DNA of 64,000 nt, from assembly GCF_009914755.1 (NCBI RefSeq), contig NC_060925.1. One strand, 5' to 3'. The notes beneath the pieces are model-generated. The model ran no database searches, had not been told where the DNA came from, and saw only the letters and a list, made by a program, of their open reading frames with translations. Of the stretch, positions 63,041 through 64,000 are shown in pieces (position 1 is the stretch's first letter; every line of letters begins with the position of its first letter). This stretch comes from the human T2T-CHM13v2.0 reference genome, Homo sapiens. Made by a program: the position numbers and the translations under genes.

Positions 63041-64000
63041 CCTTTATGTACTGTGATCCCTGTCTTCACAGAAATGAGTCTATTAGAGATATATATTAAA
63101 CAAGTAATTACACAATTAATTAACTACAACTAGGGTCAAGTGTTTCAGGCAGCCAATTGCTCTCTCCCTTTCTGGCTCCAAGGACCATTTCCTTACCCTG
63201 TGGACAATTTCTGCTGTAAGACTGTGACTTCCTCCGGCAACTGTTTGGAGCTCAGTGGATCCATCCAGGAATCAGACCCAGGAACAGGTTTGTACCTCCA
63301 GGCCTAGTTCTCCAAAGTTTTGGGGACTAGTCAGGCTTGTGGCTACAGCTGTTGTATCCCCTTGTCTTCTCCAGGCCAGAACAGGCTACACCACTTATAG
63401 CTAACTTGCGCAAACTGTCTGCTCCTCTAGTCCCTGCTGGTATCTTTGGCAGGTCTCGACTTGGGGTCTGGCCTTCTTAATGCCTTAACAAGCCCCACCC
63501 TATCCCACAGGCTATGTGTCCTTCAAATTGACAGGCTGGTTTGCAGACTGCTGAAGCTGGGAGCTGCTTTCCTTGTCCCTTGTGCCCTTCCTCAGGACCT
63601 CCTGTCTCTCTCTTTCCAGGAAGATCCCCAGGTTTATTCCCTTGAGGGATACTTCTAAGCTGGTTCCTGCTTGGGGCTGTGTTTTGGGCTTCTTCGTAGC
63701 CCAAAGAGTGCAGCTAGCTCCTGTACTAGTGAAGTGCCACGAAGCTGGCCTCCAGGAAATCCCCACGAGGCCACAACCCACAGCTATCTCCATCAGAGGA
63801 GGTGCAAATGAGGGCCCACACCTTACTCCATTTTGGCAGCCGCCCTAGGAAGCTCTGCCTTTATTTCTTCATCTTCAAGCTTATCACAATTTGAAGTTTA
63901 TCTCTTCACCTCCAAGCTTAGCACAGTGCCTAGTACATATTAGCACTTAATGAAGAGGGGGCAATTCAAATCATTAACTCATTTAATAAAAAAATAGTAA

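Overview
Primate (human-like) genomic DNA with no intact protein-coding gene, rRNA, tRNA or CRISPR array. About 70 Alu/FLAM elements cover roughly 30% of the window, on a background of old L1M/HAL1/L2 and LTR remnants. Five retrocopies lie on the minus strand within the first 40 kb: (1) ZNF146/OZF, with decayed KRAB-B, linker and finger sequence upstream of the CDS; (2) a hY4 RNA copy nested in it; (3) OOSP1, apparently with a longer ancestral C-terminus; (4) a TSD-flanked, non-coding 1.27 kb copy of an unidentified 3'UTR; (5) MTX3 from an exon-skipped isoform. There is also a two-LTR MER4A provirus with a tRNA-Arg PBS, containing an LTR7 fold-back remnant. Next to it is a second ERV1-class element with massive G-to-A hypermutation, including a destroyed env CX6CC motif; this is the most striking signal. 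Several duplication and repair scars are visible. I found no evidence of a new functional gene system. Gene and repeat family names come from my recall of reference sequences, not from a search. Boundaries of old repeats are approximate.
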